Part shown: positions 49,379 through 62,064 of the stretch, piece after piece
Numbering within the stretch: the stretch's first letter is position 1
Layout of the letters: every line of letters begins with the position of its first letter
Source: Euryarchaeota archaeon UBA182
GTDB taxonomy: Archaea > Thermoplasmatota > Poseidoniia > Poseidoniales > Thalassarchaeaceae
Assembly: GCA_002495675.1 (NCBI GenBank)
Contig: DAGH01000021.1
Span: forward strand, 8,318-72,317
Length of the DNA stretch: 64,000 nt
Reading direction: 5' to 3'
The notes under the pieces: generated by a model
Database searches by the model: none
What the model was told of the DNA's origin: nothing
The model's input: the letters and a program-made list of their open reading frames with translations, nothing else
Position numbers and translations under genes: made by a program

Positions 49379-51007
49379 ATGCTCCATGTTAGTTGGACAC
49401 CCAGAATGATGAAATTGTCGTTCATACTGGCTCTTTTCATTGGAGTTATTCCCATCGTATCCGCGGGAAGCCTCCCAACAGGCGGTTCATGGGCTCCCCC
49501 AGAACAAATGCCTAGCTGGGTGACCCCAGTTGCCTTTGTGATCCTCATAGCAGTGTACGCTTTGATCGTATTTGAATTGGTTCATCGTGCTCTGGCGGCA
49601 GCTCTGGGTGGGATCGCCGTAGTAGTGGCGCTGCACGTAGTCGGGGATGGGCCAGATCTGGGAACAGTAGTGACTTGGATTGATGAAGAAACCCTCGGCC
49701 TCCTGATAGGAATGATGGTCATTGTAGATGTACTTGCAAAAACCGGTCTCTTCGAGTGGGCCGCTGTACAAGCGTATGCGCTGAGCGGGGGTTCAATCTG
49801 GAGGCTCTCATTCATCCTCTGCACCATAACCGCTGTATTCTCTGCTTTCCTAGACAATGTTACTACGATTTTATTGATAGTCCCCGTGACGATCCAAATA
49901 TCAAAAGTTCTGGATCTAGAACCCGTGCCGCTGATAATCGCTGAGGTCATGTTTTCAAACATCGGTGGTGCTGCAACCCAAATTGGCGATCCACCAAACA
50001 TAATCATTGGCGCCCAACTTTCAGAACAAGCCCTAGCGGGGAATACAATGCTGATGGGTCAGGGGATATCATTCGTGGACTTCATAATCCATGTAGGACC
50101 TGCTGTTGTAATTGCCTTTGCTCCATCATTTTGGCTTCTTTCCAAATTAGAGTCCAAAGGCTTGTCCGGTGCTAGACACAGGAATGTGGACCTGCTCCGG
50201 CTCAGGTATGGCATAAAGGACATTGAGTTACTGAAACGGTCGGGCTTAATACTGGCGGGGGTCATTGCCGCATTCTTTGCGCATTCAGCATTTCATCATC
50301 CACTGTTGACCGTCGCGACGATTGCCTTGGGCGGAGCAGTCCTGATGCTCCTTGTTACCTCACCTCATCACGTAGAGGAGCAACTGGAGGCAGTTGAGTG
50401 GACAACTATAATCTTCTTTGCTGGTCTCTTCATAATGATTGGAGGGTTGCAATACATGGGTCTGATAGACACGATAGCGGATGGTATCTCTAACACTATC
50501 TCAAGGGCCACTCCCGAGAACAGGCTGATGATCGCAGTACTCTTGTTGTTGTGGGTCTCTGGTATAGCCTCGGCCTTCATAGATAATATTCCATACACAG
50601 CAACAATGGTACCTGTTGTGATCGAACTGGCAAGCGATCCCAGCCTTGGCTTGTCATTGGGGCCGTTGGCTTGGGCGCTAGCGCTTGGTGCTTGCCTGGG
50701 GGGTAATGGAACTATTATCGGAGCGTCCGCTAATGTTGTAGCGGCGGGTCTTGCTGAGGAATCAGGTAATGATATATCATTCAACAGGTTTTTCAGAACT
50801 GGTTTTCCTATCATGATTCTCACCCTCTTGACGTCTACCGTTTATGTTGTAGTTAGATATGCCATAAACTGGGAAAATTCCTTCAATCCACTAGGCAACT
50901 TGGCACCTGTGATCATCATAGGAACAATGATGATAGCATCATTATCGCTAACTCCCCACGTGTACGGGAAATTCTCTGGTTCAGTTGATGATACCGAGGT
51001 TGAGTGA
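49379..51007 (+). CDS. ArsB/NhaD (P-protein-like) ion/anion transporter
   Basis: SAFLDNVTT, SNIGGAATQIGDPPN, SAFIDNIPYT, LGGNGTIIGASANV, many TM helices. Confidence 0.9.
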   Translation: MLHVSWTPRMMKLSFILALFIGVIPIVSAGSLPTGGSWAPPEQMPSWVTPVAFVILIAVYALIVFELVHRALAAALGGIAVVVALHVVGDGPDLGTVVTWIDEETLGLLIGMMVIVDVLAKTGLFEWAAVQAYALSGGSIWRLSFILCTITAVFSAFLDNVTTILLIVPVTIQISKVLDLEPVPLIIAEVMFSNIGGAATQIGDPPNIIIGAQLSEQALAGNTMLMGQGISFVDFIIHVGPAVVIAFAPSFWLLSKLESKGLSGARHRNVDLLRLRYGIKDIELLKRSGLILAGVIAAFFAHSAFHHPLLTVATIALGGAVLMLLVTSPHHVEEQLEAVEWTTIIFFAGLFIMIGGLQYMGLIDTIADGISNTISRATPENRLMIAVLLLLWVSGIASAFIDNIPYTATMVPVVIELASDPSLGLSLGPLAWALALGACLGGNGTIIGASANVVAAGLAEESGNDISFNRFFRTGFPIMILTLLTSTVYVVVRYAINWENSFNPLGNLAPVIIIGTMMIASLSLTPHVYGKFSGSVDDTEVE

Positions 51008-51063
51008 TTGAGCCTTAGCAAAGCGTTATTGACAGACCAAATGGCGTTTGATCATCCATCTAC

Positions 51064-51071
51064 TTGATATA
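51064..51071 (+). promoter_or_regulatory. Putative rRNA promoter TATA-like element TTGATATA
   Basis: Upstream of the 23S leader. Matches the TT(C/G)A(A/T) element seen before many genes here. Confidence 0.55.
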
Positions 51072-51186
51072 CCCAAGGCAAGTCGCAGGGCTGCTTTTAG
51101 TGCACCCCTGCAGTGATGCTGAAGGGGGAAGTGGATGAGGCTTCGCTGCCCTGCGGGGAGACAGTGTGGCCAAGGAATCCAACGAC

Positions 51187-51219
51187 GAATCGAGAAGCCT
51201 GGACACCAGAGGACTCACC
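51187..51219 (+). other. 5' arm of 23S bulge-helix-bulge processing stem
   Basis: GAATCGAGAAGCCT-GGAC-acc-AGAGG pairs with 54161-54186. Confidence 0.92.
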
Positions 51220-51254
51220 AAAGGTGAGGAATCGAATGTACAACAATTGATCCT

Positions 51255-54128
<2,874 letters not shown>

Positions 54129-54154
54129 TGACAATTTTATACATCCTAGCCAGA

Positions 54155-54186
54155 GGTGGGCCTCTGTCCAATAGGCTTCTCGATTC
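54155..54186 (+). other. 3' arm of 23S bulge-helix-bulge processing stem
   Basis: CCTCT-GTCC-aat-AGGCTTCTCGATTC, complementary to 51187-51212. Confidence 0.92.
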
Positions 54187-54203
54187 ATCAAATTCGAAAA
54201 TGC

Positions 54204-54328
54204 GGTGTGCACGGCCACAGCGGAGGGGTAATACCCGGTCCCATCCCGAACCCGGAAGTCAAGCCCTCCTGCGTCGACTCCTGTACTGTGGTGCGAGAGC
54301 CCACGGGAACGTTCGTCGCTGTGCCACC
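54204..54328 (+). rRNA. rrf: 5S rRNA
   Basis: GGCCACAGCG, CCCGGTCCCATCCCGAACCCGGAAGTCAAGCC, GTACTGTGGTGCGAGAGCCCACGGGAA. Terminal GGTG/CACC stem followed by a T-run. Confidence 0.96.
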
Positions 54329-54386
54329 CATTTTCATCCCCGCAACACTCCATTCACATTATTCCGAAAGTTCCAGAGGAAAACAC

Positions 54387-55049
54387 ATGACTACCCTTAC
54401 TGGAGACATTCTGGGCCACCCACAAGTAGGAGTCCATGTTTCAATTATTGGTGACGTCCTATTCCATCCCGTATCTCTCGATAACGAATGCAAAGAGATG
54501 CTCTCGAATACGTTTGATTTGGAAATGGCCCCATTTTCGATTGGTGGGTCCAGCCTTTTGGGCAGTCTACTTCGTGGAAACAGAAACGGCATAGCCGTTG
54601 CTGACATAGCAACGGAGTCCGATCTCGACAAACTTACCTCATTTGGAGAGGTAGTCGTGATGGAATCAGGTGTCAATGCGGCTGGTAATCTAATCGCATG
54701 CAACAACCATGGAGCAGTGGTAGGTATGACCATACCCGGACCTGGATGTGAGATAATTTCTGACGTACTAGGAGTTCCGGCAACAAGAGTGAGGGTCGCT
54801 GGCCAGGACACAGTTGGGTCCTCATTGGTGGTGAATGATTCAGGTGTGCTCGCCCACCCTGATGTCACTGAACCAGAAGCATCCATAATTTCTAGCGCAC
54901 TTTCAGTGCCCTTGATGGTAGGTACGGTCTGTTTTGGATCACCATACGTAGGTGCTGGATGTCTTGCCTCGAACAAGTCGGTTCTTGCTGGAACAGGTAC
55001 TACCGGGCCCGAGCTCAATAGAATTGAAGATGCACTAGGACTAATATGA
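54387..55049 (+). CDS. eif6: Translation initiation factor 6 (aIF6)
   Basis: SIGGSSLLGSL, NAAGNLIACNNHG, VGSS..ND.G.L.HP, GTV..GSPYVG, TTGPELNRIEDAL. Confidence 0.93.
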   Translation: MTTLTGDILGHPQVGVHVSIIGDVLFHPVSLDNECKEMLSNTFDLEMAPFSIGGSSLLGSLLRGNRNGIAVADIATESDLDKLTSFGEVVVMESGVNAAGNLIACNNHGAVVGMTIPGPGCEIISDVLGVPATRVRVAGQDTVGSSLVVNDSGVLAHPDVTEPEASIISSALSVPLMVGTVCFGSPYVGAGCLASNKSVLAGTGTTGPELNRIEDALGLI

Positions 55050-55280
55050 TCAAATTGCGGTGGGTGCAACGTGATCGTCAGATTTATCGCCCTTTTCGTT
55101 AACCCTAGACCAGACCGATTTCATTAATTCATTATGGTGATGTGAACAATATCGAAATCTTTTGTAGGCCTCTCTGAAAGAATATGCCTTGTTCCCCGTA
55201 CCGACGAGGAAGCCTTCTGGGGAAAGCCTGCTAATCTTGTCAGCCTCTGCCTCGCACCCGTCCACGTCACATCTTTCCAT
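55050..55280 (-). CDS. Small putative zinc-binding protein
   Basis: CDVDGC ... YCSHH. Fills the gap between the BCCP gene and aIF6. Confidence 0.6.
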   Translation of the reverse strand: MERCDVDGCEAEADKISRLSPEGFLVGTGNKAYSFREAYKRFRYCSHHHNELMKSVWSRVNEKGDKSDDHVAPTAI

Positions 55281-55304
55281 ATTGCAAAATACACACTCTG
55301 AGAT

Positions 55305-55715
55305 TTAACCGTGTGGTTCCGGTTCTATCCTGGCTAATAGAAAATTTGCCTCAACGCTGTCTCCTTCTGATACATTAACCTCGGCAACGGTACCATCAAT
55401 GCCAGAGGAAATTTCATTCTGCATTTTCATGGCCTCTAGAATAAGAATCGTCTGGCCGCTTTGTACGGTATCTCCTACGGCAACGTCTATGGATACCACT
55501 TTCCCAGGAATTGATGAAACAACCGAACCGCTGGCATTGTTTTTCGTCCCCCTGTTGAATTTCTTGGATTTGGCTGGTTTGGGTAAATCTGGTGCGCCTT
55601 CGATAAGAATATCATGCACCTTATTACCTATTTTTATCCGTAGAAATCCATTTAATCTCTCAATTTCAGCATTTATTTCTTCACCATTAATTGTGAATTT
55701 CCTAATTTCAGTCAT
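55305..55715 (-). CDS. Biotin carboxyl carrier protein
   Basis: IPGKV, VGDTV, ILEAMKMQNEI biotinylation motif. Confidence 0.93.
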   Translation of the reverse strand: MTEIRKFTINGEEINAEIERLNGFLRIKIGNKVHDILIEGAPDLPKPAKSKKFNRGTKNNASGSVVSSIPGKVVSIDVAVGDTVQSGQTILILEAMKMQNEISSGIDGTVAEVNVSEGDSVEANFLLARIEPEPHG

Positions 55716-55870
55716 CCTCTGTCGACCCCCTCGGACGATCTCATTCTGTGAGCGATGCCCCACGGTCGACCTTTTCTTCTGAATGCAGTCGGAGCCCTTG
55801 TTTTTCCTCGTTCCTCTTCCATGACGAGAGCCGCTATACAGATCGCAAATATCTCTTCCCTGGAAACCAT
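55712..55870 (-). CDS. Acyl-CoA carboxylase epsilon/PccX-like small subunit
   Basis: EEIFAICIAAL helix and W..A.R motif. Lies between the carboxyltransferase and BCCP genes, with GGTGA upstream and an ATGA overlap with BCCP. Confidence 0.65.
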   Translation of the reverse strand: MVSREEIFAICIAALVMEEERGKTRAPTAFRRKGRPWGIAHRMRSSEGVDRG

Positions 55871-55880
55871 TTTCACCATC

Positions 55881-57458
55881 TCACAGTGGTAGATTTCCAT
55901 GTCTTCGTTTTGGTCGTTCTTCGATTTTTTCTAGGTTTGTCCTCAATGCTAAAATCAACTTTCTTCTTGTTTCTGATGGTTCAATAATATCATCTATGAA
56001 ACCCAAGGCTGCGGCTTGGTAAGGATTCGCGAAGGCTTCTTCATATTCTTCTATTAGCCGTGCTCTCTCCTCATCTGGGTTTCCTGCGTTGTCAATACGC
56101 CCCTTGTGTAGAATCTGTACTGCTCCGCTGGCACCCATGACAGCCAATCTTGCAGTGGGCCATGCAACATTGTAATCTCCTCGGATATGTTTTGAGGACA
56201 TAACGTCATATGCACCGCCATACGCTTTTCTCGTAATCACCGTCAACTTTGGAACAGTTGCTTCCGCATAGGCATACAACAACTTGGCACCGTGTCTAAT
56301 TATGCCTCCCCACTCTTGGCTTGCTCCGGGTAAGAATCCCGGGACATCGGTAAATGTCACTAGGGGGATACCAAAAGCGTCACAAAACCTCACAAATCTG
56401 GCACCTTTTACAGAGGCGTCGATGTCTAGGCAACCAGCAAGTACTTTCGGTTGATTAGCGATTACTCCGACCGATTCTCTGCCTAATCGTGCAAATCCGA
56501 CTATCAAATTCATCGCAAATTCCGATTGAACTTCCAAGAAGCTGTCTCTGTCGCATACCTCCTCTATGACATCTAGCATGTCATAAGGTATCGAGGGATC
56601 AGGAGGGACTATTTGGTCAAGATTCAAACAAATTCGATCTATGGGATCCAGTGCATTGCCCAAGGTGGCGCGTTCTAGATTGTTTGAGGGAAGCCTCCCG
56701 ACAAGATCTCTGACGAGCAATAATGCTTCAGAATCATTATCTGCGACAAAATGCGTCACACCAGACTTTTTTGCATGTGTGGAAGCCCCACCAAGGTCAT
56801 CAAAAGTGACATCCTCATTTGTGACCGTTTTAATCACCTCAGGTCCTGTGATGAACATATGCGATGTTCCATCGACCATCACAACAAAGTCGGTAATCGC
56901 AGGTGAGTAAACGGCACCACCAGCACAAGGGCCCATGATGACTGATATCTGGGGGATCACACCGCTCGCTCTAACATTCCTGAAGAAAATTTCTGCATAA
57001 CTTCCAAGGCTCGCAACTCCTTCTTGTATTCTGGCACCTCCACTGTCATTGAGGCCGATTACTGGAGTACCGGTCTTGACAGCAAGATCTAGTATTTTGC
57101 AGATTTTCAAGCCATGCATCTCACCCAGAGAACCGCCATATACGGTGAAATCCTGGGCAAAACAGTGGACTAATTTTCCATCAATAGTACCATGTCCAGT
57201 AACAACTCCATCTCCTGGTATGATGTTTTTGTCCATCCCAAAATCTCTACATCTGTGCTCAACCAAGGCATCTATCTCCACGAATGAACCTTCGTCCAAT
57301 AATTCTTCGAGCCTTTCTCTGGCTGTTAATTTCCCCTTGGCATGCTGGGCATTAGTCCTAGCGATGCCCCCTCCTGCCGCTGATCGAGACTTTCTAGACC
57401 TCAGATCTGCGATACGCGCATCGCTGTCATCCATATACCGCGATGTTGTACCATTCAT
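55881..57458 (-). CDS. pccB: Acyl-CoA (propionyl-CoA) carboxylase carboxyltransferase subunit
   Basis: [56 protein letters not shown]. Confidence 0.93.
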   Translation of the reverse strand: MNGTTSRYMDDSDARIADLRSRKSRSAAGGGIARTNAQHAKGKLTARERLEELLDEGSFVEIDALVEHRCRDFGMDKNIIPGDGVVTGHGTIDGKLVHCFAQDFTVYGGSLGEMHGLKICKILDLAVKTGTPVIGLNDSGGARIQEGVASLGSYAEIFFRNVRASGVIPQISVIMGPCAGGAVYSPAITDFVVMVDGTSHMFITGPEVIKTVTNEDVTFDDLGGASTHAKKSGVTHFVADNDSEALLLVRDLVGRLPSNNLERATLGNALDPIDRICLNLDQIVPPDPSIPYDMLDVIEEVCDRDSFLEVQSEFAMNLIVGFARLGRESVGVIANQPKVLAGCLDIDASVKGARFVRFCDAFGIPLVTFTDVPGFLPGASQEWGGIIRHGAKLLYAYAEATVPKLTVITRKAYGGAYDVMSSKHIRGDYNVAWPTARLAVMGASGAVQILHKGRIDNAGNPDEERARLIEEYEEAFANPYQAAALGFIDDIIEPSETRRKLILALRTNLEKIEERPKRRHGNLPL

Positions 57459-57535
57459 AAAGTGAATTAGGGATTATATCATCAAGGAATGCGGTTCATT
57501 GAAATCGTTATTGTGTCCAGGCAATATAGGGAGAC

Positions 57536-57973
57536 ATGAGGGTAGTCATCGCGAAAGCTGGCCTTGATGGTCATGATAGAGGTGCAAAAATCATAGCTAG
57601 GGCCTTGAGGGATGGAGGCCACGAGGTAATCTACACTGGGCTTAGAAGGACACCAGAACAAATAGTTGCAATCGCGAGGGATGAAGATGCGAGTGCTGTC
57701 GGAATATCCACCTTGTCGGGCGCCCATGCTAGGCTTATACCCACAATTTGCGAGTTATTGAGAGCGGAAGGAATGGACGAGGTGACTGTTTTCGTTGGAG
57801 GAATCATCCCAGACACCGATAGAGAAGCTCTGTATGGCTGTGGAGTCAGGGCCATCTTCGGCCCTGGAACTAGTATTAATGAGCCCATAACCTTCTTAGA
57901 AAATGTCAATGAAAGGACTCAGCAGAATCTCCCGGTTGGAGTAGGTCATGGGGGCGACTGGAAGTGGAGTTAA
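57536..57973 (+). CDS. Cobalamin-binding subunit of methylmalonyl-CoA mutase
   Basis: AKAGLDGHDRG, VGISTLSGAH, GGIIP, FGPGT. Confidence 0.93.
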   Translation: MRVVIAKAGLDGHDRGAKIIARALRDGGHEVIYTGLRRTPEQIVAIARDEDASAVGISTLSGAHARLIPTICELLRAEGMDEVTVFVGGIIPDTDREALYGCGVRAIFGPGTSINEPITFLENVNERTQQNLPVGVGHGGDWKWS

Positions 57974-58842
57974 ACTCTATTTTCTCCCTATTCGCAAACG
58001 CTAAACATGGCGATCGGAGATCTCTCGCCAAGCTTCTTACCAAGATAGAGAACGGCGAGGAAATCGATATTCCGACCACAAAAGCCGCTTGGGTTTTGGG
58101 TGTGACCGGCCCACCCGGCGCGGGTAAATCGACATTAATTGATAGACTGGCATCCTATTGGTCAGAAAACAGACAGAGGGTAGCAATTCTGGCCGTTGAC
58201 CCTTCATCTCCCATATCTGGTGGGGCCCTCTTGGGAGATAGGGCAAGGATGGTCCACTCCAACCCTGCTCAAGTCTTTTTCAGGTCTATTTCTGCTAGGG
58301 GAAATCACGGTGGGATACCAAATGGACTTGAACACATGATACAGACACTGTCGGAGTTGGGATGGGACAGGATCATAATCGAGACGGTTGGGGTGGGGCA
58401 AGGCGAGTTTGCAGTCATCTCCGTTGCGGACCGAATCCTGTTGGTCGATGGGCCAGATCGTGGTGATGTTTTACAAGCAGAAAAAGCTGGGATATTGGAG
58501 ATTGCTGACCTGATTGCCTGCAACAAATCTGATCTTCCGGGATCCTTGGCCGCGATGAAATCCATCGAAGATGGCCTATCTTATTCCGAGAACCCTCCAG
58601 CGGTCATTGGAGTATCATCACTCACAGGAGATGGTATCGAAAATCTAATTCATAGGATAGAGACCATGGAGCCTGACCTAGCAAAGAGCACCGCAAGAGC
58701 AAAAATTTCCCTCGAATGTTCTATGATATCTAGAATAAGAAAATCCCCATTGTATGATGACGTTGTGAATGACATATCGAAGAATAAGATCACCTCAAAA
58801 GAGGGGGCTGAAAGATTGGAGGAGTATTATGGAAGATTATAA
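57964..58842 (+). CDS. meaB: MeaB/ArgK GTPase (mutase chaperone)
   Basis: TGPPGAGKST, AVDPSS, GGALLGDR, ETVGVGQ, KAGILE, NKSD. Confidence 0.92.
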   Translation: MELNSIFSLFANAKHGDRRSLAKLLTKIENGEEIDIPTTKAAWVLGVTGPPGAGKSTLIDRLASYWSENRQRVAILAVDPSSPISGGALLGDRARMVHSNPAQVFFRSISARGNHGGIPNGLEHMIQTLSELGWDRIIIETVGVGQGEFAVISVADRILLVDGPDRGDVLQAEKAGILEIADLIACNKSDLPGSLAAMKSIEDGLSYSENPPAVIGVSSLTGDGIENLIHRIETMEPDLAKSTARAKISLECSMISRIRKSPLYDDVVNDISKNKITSKEGAERLEEYYGRL

Positions 58843-59467
58843 TGTAAATGTGGATCACGCAAAACATTCCATTGGCGGGGATTTCGGACATGTGATACGA
58901 AGAATTACCCACGTATCGATGGTGATCATACCATTATTGTATTATTCCTATGGCAACACTATAGCAGCATTCCTCTCCCTGAACCCACAAGAATTTGTCA
59001 GTCTGGTATGCCTATCCATAATATTGGTCGAGGGAATAAGGTTGAAGATGGGTGTTGTCGTAATAGGACAACGCGAATACGAATCTAATCAGATCTCTGC
59101 GTTGGCATGGGGCACCTTGTCAGTATCCATAGCATTACTGATTTCTCCTACGATGGGCAATACCGGATTTGAAGCAGGTTTGTTCGGGACTCCCATCATC
59201 TTCGGACTATGCATCGTCGATCCTGTGATGGGAGAGGTGAAAAGAAGAACAGAGGGTTTGCGAACCGCTATTGTTTTTGGATTACTAGCCTCCTATGTTG
59301 TATGGTTTGGGTGTTGGCATTTAATTGGGACACCTTTGTTGGCTTCCGTTTTGTTGGCTCCCCTGACGGTTGTAGGTGAACTACCAAAGACCAAATCGAT
59401 AGATGATAATGCGACAATGGTGTTTTTCCCACTCATCGGCCTAATATTACTGCAACCTTGGCTTTGA
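58829..59467 (+). CDS. Dolichol/phytol kinase-like (cytidylyltransferase family) membrane protein
   Basis: RRITH, REYE, DP..G, DDNA motifs in a multi-TM protein. Confidence 0.7.
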   Translation: MEDYNVNVDHAKHSIGGDFGHVIRRITHVSMVIIPLLYYSYGNTIAAFLSLNPQEFVSLVCLSIILVEGIRLKMGVVVIGQREYESNQISALAWGTLSVSIALLISPTMGNTGFEAGLFGTPIIFGLCIVDPVMGEVKRRTEGLRTAIVFGLLASYVVWFGCWHLIGTPLLASVLLAPLTVVGELPKTKSIDDNATMVFFPLIGLILLQPWL

Positions 59468-59508
59468 CTGAGGTTAGGTTTACATCTATGCCTCTCCCCC
59501 TTGGACTG

Positions 59509-59622
59509 ATGACTGACGGATCGGCAAATGACGCTCCAAGGCCACTGTCTCAGAATACTTACATCTTCGTCTGGATATTGGCATCAGTGTCATCCGTGGC
59601 GATCTTTATCAGGTTCTTTTGA
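59509..59622 (+). CDS. Unannotated 37-aa single-TM peptide
   Basis: MTDGSANDAPRPLSQNTYIFVWILASVSSVAIFIRFF*. TTTACAT at -30. Occupies the only long gap at a convergent junction. Confidence 0.5.
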   Translation: MTDGSANDAPRPLSQNTYIFVWILASVSSVAIFIRFF

Positions 59623-60086
59623 TCGTATTTGCCAAACTTTCCAATTTCCAAACCTTCCGATCGGAGAATTTTGGATTTAGTTTCAATCCCATTCAGTGAA
59701 TTATACTCGCCAATAAAGCCATTTTCTGGAACGACCCTATGACAAGGTACCAGTATCGGCCATGGGTTGTTCGACAATGCCGTGCCGACGGCCCTGGAAT
59801 AACCCTTGGATCCAAGTGATTTTGCAATTTCACCATATGTGATAATTGATCCCTGAGGAATCGTGCGCATCAGAAATCGGTACACACTCCATTTGAATTC
59901 AGATACTCTTGAGGAATCTAACTTACTCACATCAACATACTCATAGGGTGTTAAATCAGGTATGGAATCAAAATTATCGCCTCGAGATAATCTAGTTGAT
60001 ATGATCAATCCGGCACTGTATTGAATCTCTAACAGTAACCCGTTGTAGAGAACCGTCCTGATCGTGTCATTATTGTGAGGCATCAT
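59559..60086 (-). CDS. ogt: Methylated-DNA-protein-cysteine methyltransferase (MGMT/Ogt family)
   Basis: IPQG...TYGEIA, RAVGTAL..NP, VPCHRVV, K..IL..EG. Confidence 0.9.
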   Translation of the reverse strand: MMPHNNDTIRTVLYNGLLLEIQYSAGLIISTRLSRGDNFDSIPDLTPYEYVDVSKLDSSRVSEFKWSVYRFLMRTIPQGSIITYGEIAKSLGSKGYSRAVGTALSNNPWPILVPCHRVVPENGFIGEYNSLNGIETKSKILRSEGLEIGKFGKYDQKNLIKIATDDTDANIQTKM

Positions 60087-60348
60087 CTGGTTCTTCCATT
60101 CCCACAATCTCATAATTGGATGGGAACAAGGCAATAATGACACCCGCAACAAGAGATCCGAGGCCAAAGTAGAATTGTTGCTTAACAATCATTAGTTCCA
60201 ATCCTATTGCGAATAATAAAAGCCCACCTAGATTGGAGACCCAAACCAGAGTTTTGAAGGTGGATAGACTAACTCCCGTAGAGTTTTGACTTCTTTTTGG
60301 ACCAAATTCGGCTCCGAAACGGACAGGGTCAGGTGATCGTTCTTCCAC
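60070..60348 (-). CDS. Hypothetical two-TM protein
   Basis: Two hydrophobic helices, overlap with the ogt start, TTAAAAT at -30 from GTG. Confidence 0.6.
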   Translation of the reverse strand: MEERSPDPVRFGAEFGPKRSQNSTGVSLSTFKTLVWVSNLGGLLLFAIGLELMIVKQQFYFGLGSLVAGVIIALFPSNYEIVGMEEPDDASQ

Positions 60349-60446
60349 GATGGGCCCTGGGCAGGGGTTGCATTTTAACATTTGAATTACAAAACCACAA
60401 GACGATCAATTCAAGCGGTCTAGATGCAGCGGCATCATTAGGTCGA

Positions 60447-61694
60447 ATGCACATAGTGATGATATCTGCTGAATACCCCCCGCGTTGGGGTGGAATGGGG
60501 AGCACTGTCTATCACCTTTCAAGACATCTGGCACACAATGGGCATAAGGTGTCTGTCATCACAAGATCAAACAAAAAAAAGGCTAATGTGGGCCAACATG
60601 GTATTGACGTTTATGAGGTACCATGGGCAAAAATACCGATGTATTTCACAAGATCGTTCGCCCATCACTCTCTAAAGGCGTTAAATTCGATTGCAATCAA
60701 GCAACCTATCGATGTCATCCACCTACATCTTCCAATGGTTAGCCTCTCTGATAATCAAATGAAGAAATGCAGATCCATCGCACCGACTGTGGCATCGCTA
60801 CACGGGTCATGGCTAGGGGAGAGAGATGGTCTGATTACAGCAAGAAATGTCGGCGAACCTGCAGTTTTCAGAAACCCCAATGATCTGGCCATCTTATTAT
60901 CCGCCGTGCATTATGCTAAGTACGAAAAAACATCAGCTCTGAATGCTCATGTTTCCATTTCCAATTCGAAAGCCACTCAAGCAGATTTTATCGAGAGGTA
61001 CAAGATGCCGCCAGAGTGGAATTGTAAGACAATATACTGGGGTGTGGACACAGATCTCTTTTGTCCTGTAGAAGAAAATGGAACATCAAAGAGACCGAGA
61101 GAGCAAGTCCGCACTAATTATGGGTTCAATTATGACGATCCAGTTTTGTTGGCGGTCGGGAGGTTAGCTGCTAGAAAAGGATATAGCACGTTGCTCAGAG
61201 CATTCAGAATTGTAATCAAAGAGATACCGAATGCTAAGTTACTGATAGTAGGACGTGGCGGTATGAAAAAGAATTTATACAAATATGCGACAAAAGAAGG
61301 ATTCAAACCATCGATAAGAATCGAGAGCAGTCTGGATTTCAATGAGCTATCCAATGTCTACAACTCATGTGACCTTACCATATTTCCATCGTACTACGAG
61401 GGTCAAGGCCTCATACCACTAGAGTCCATGTCCTCTGGTGTCCCTGTGATTGCTACCAATAGCGGCCCAATCCCTGAGATGGTTGACGATGAGGTTGGCT
61501 CACTATTCGAATTAGGCGATGAAGCAGATCTCGCCAAGAAGATTGTCGACGAACTGAGTCAAAGAAACCGACTCATAGAAAAAGGGAAAAAGGGGAGGCA
61601 GAGAGTCGTTGACCGATTTTCATTCAAGGATTCGTGCAAAGCATTCGAGGGCATATATGAAGATCTTGCATCAGATGTCAACGATCTATCATGA
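60447..61694 (+). CDS. Glycosyltransferase family 4 (GT-B)
   Basis: MHIVMISAEYPP..GG, AVGRLAARKG, PSYYEGQGLIPLESMSSGVPVI. Confidence 0.93.
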   Translation: MHIVMISAEYPPRWGGMGSTVYHLSRHLAHNGHKVSVITRSNKKKANVGQHGIDVYEVPWAKIPMYFTRSFAHHSLKALNSIAIKQPIDVIHLHLPMVSLSDNQMKKCRSIAPTVASLHGSWLGERDGLITARNVGEPAVFRNPNDLAILLSAVHYAKYEKTSALNAHVSISNSKATQADFIERYKMPPEWNCKTIYWGVDTDLFCPVEENGTSKRPREQVRTNYGFNYDDPVLLAVGRLAARKGYSTLLRAFRIVIKEIPNAKLLIVGRGGMKKNLYKYATKEGFKPSIRIESSLDFNELSNVYNSCDLTIFPSYYEGQGLIPLESMSSGVPVIATNSGPIPEMVDDEVGSLFELGDEADLAKKIVDELSQRNRLIEKGKKGRQRVVDRFSFKDSCKAFEGIYEDLASDVNDLS

Positions 61695-62040
61695 CTATGG
61701 CATCTGTCGGGCAGGCAAGAACGCACAAGCCACATCCTGTGCAGGGCTCCCGAAGGATCCTAGCCTTCTTGTTGATATCGACATCTAGGATCGGACTTCT
61801 CAATTTCACTGGATAGACCTCTATCGCATCATCATCACAAACAATAGTACACTGATCGCACCCAATGCATAGTTCTTCTTTGACCCATGCTACGTGTTCT
61901 GGACCAATTTTTAATTTAGCTCTCTCGCCTGCCCTCTGAGCCGTCATTAAGGCTCGAATACGGCTCTGCTCTATAGCACGCCTCGATTCCAAGTCCGATA
62001 TTTTGGTCATGCTTGGCCTTACCAGTTGGGACACACTCAT
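61678..62040 (-). CDS. 2[4Fe-4S] ferredoxin-like protein with N-terminal extension
   Basis: CIGCDQCTIVC and CTGCGLCVLACP. Confidence 0.88.
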   Translation of the reverse strand: MSVSQLVRPSMTKISDLESRRAIEQSRIRALMTAQRAGERAKLKIGPEHVAWVKEELCIGCDQCTIVCDDDAIEVYPVKLRSPILDVDINKKARILREPCTGCGLCVLACPTDAIVMIDR

Positions 62041-62064
62041 GAAAGCATGGTTTTGGCCTAGGCC

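Noticed and set aside
54156..54386. 77-aa N-terminal extension of aIF6 in the ORF track
   Set aside because: Runs through the 5S gene. ATG 54387 gives a normal-length aIF6.
59499..59541. Hammerhead ribozyme or C/D sRNA (CCTTGGA-CTGATGA...TCCAAGG)
   Set aside because: No GAAA core after stem II and no proper D'/C'/D spacing. The small ORF explains the region better, though an RNA role is not excluded.
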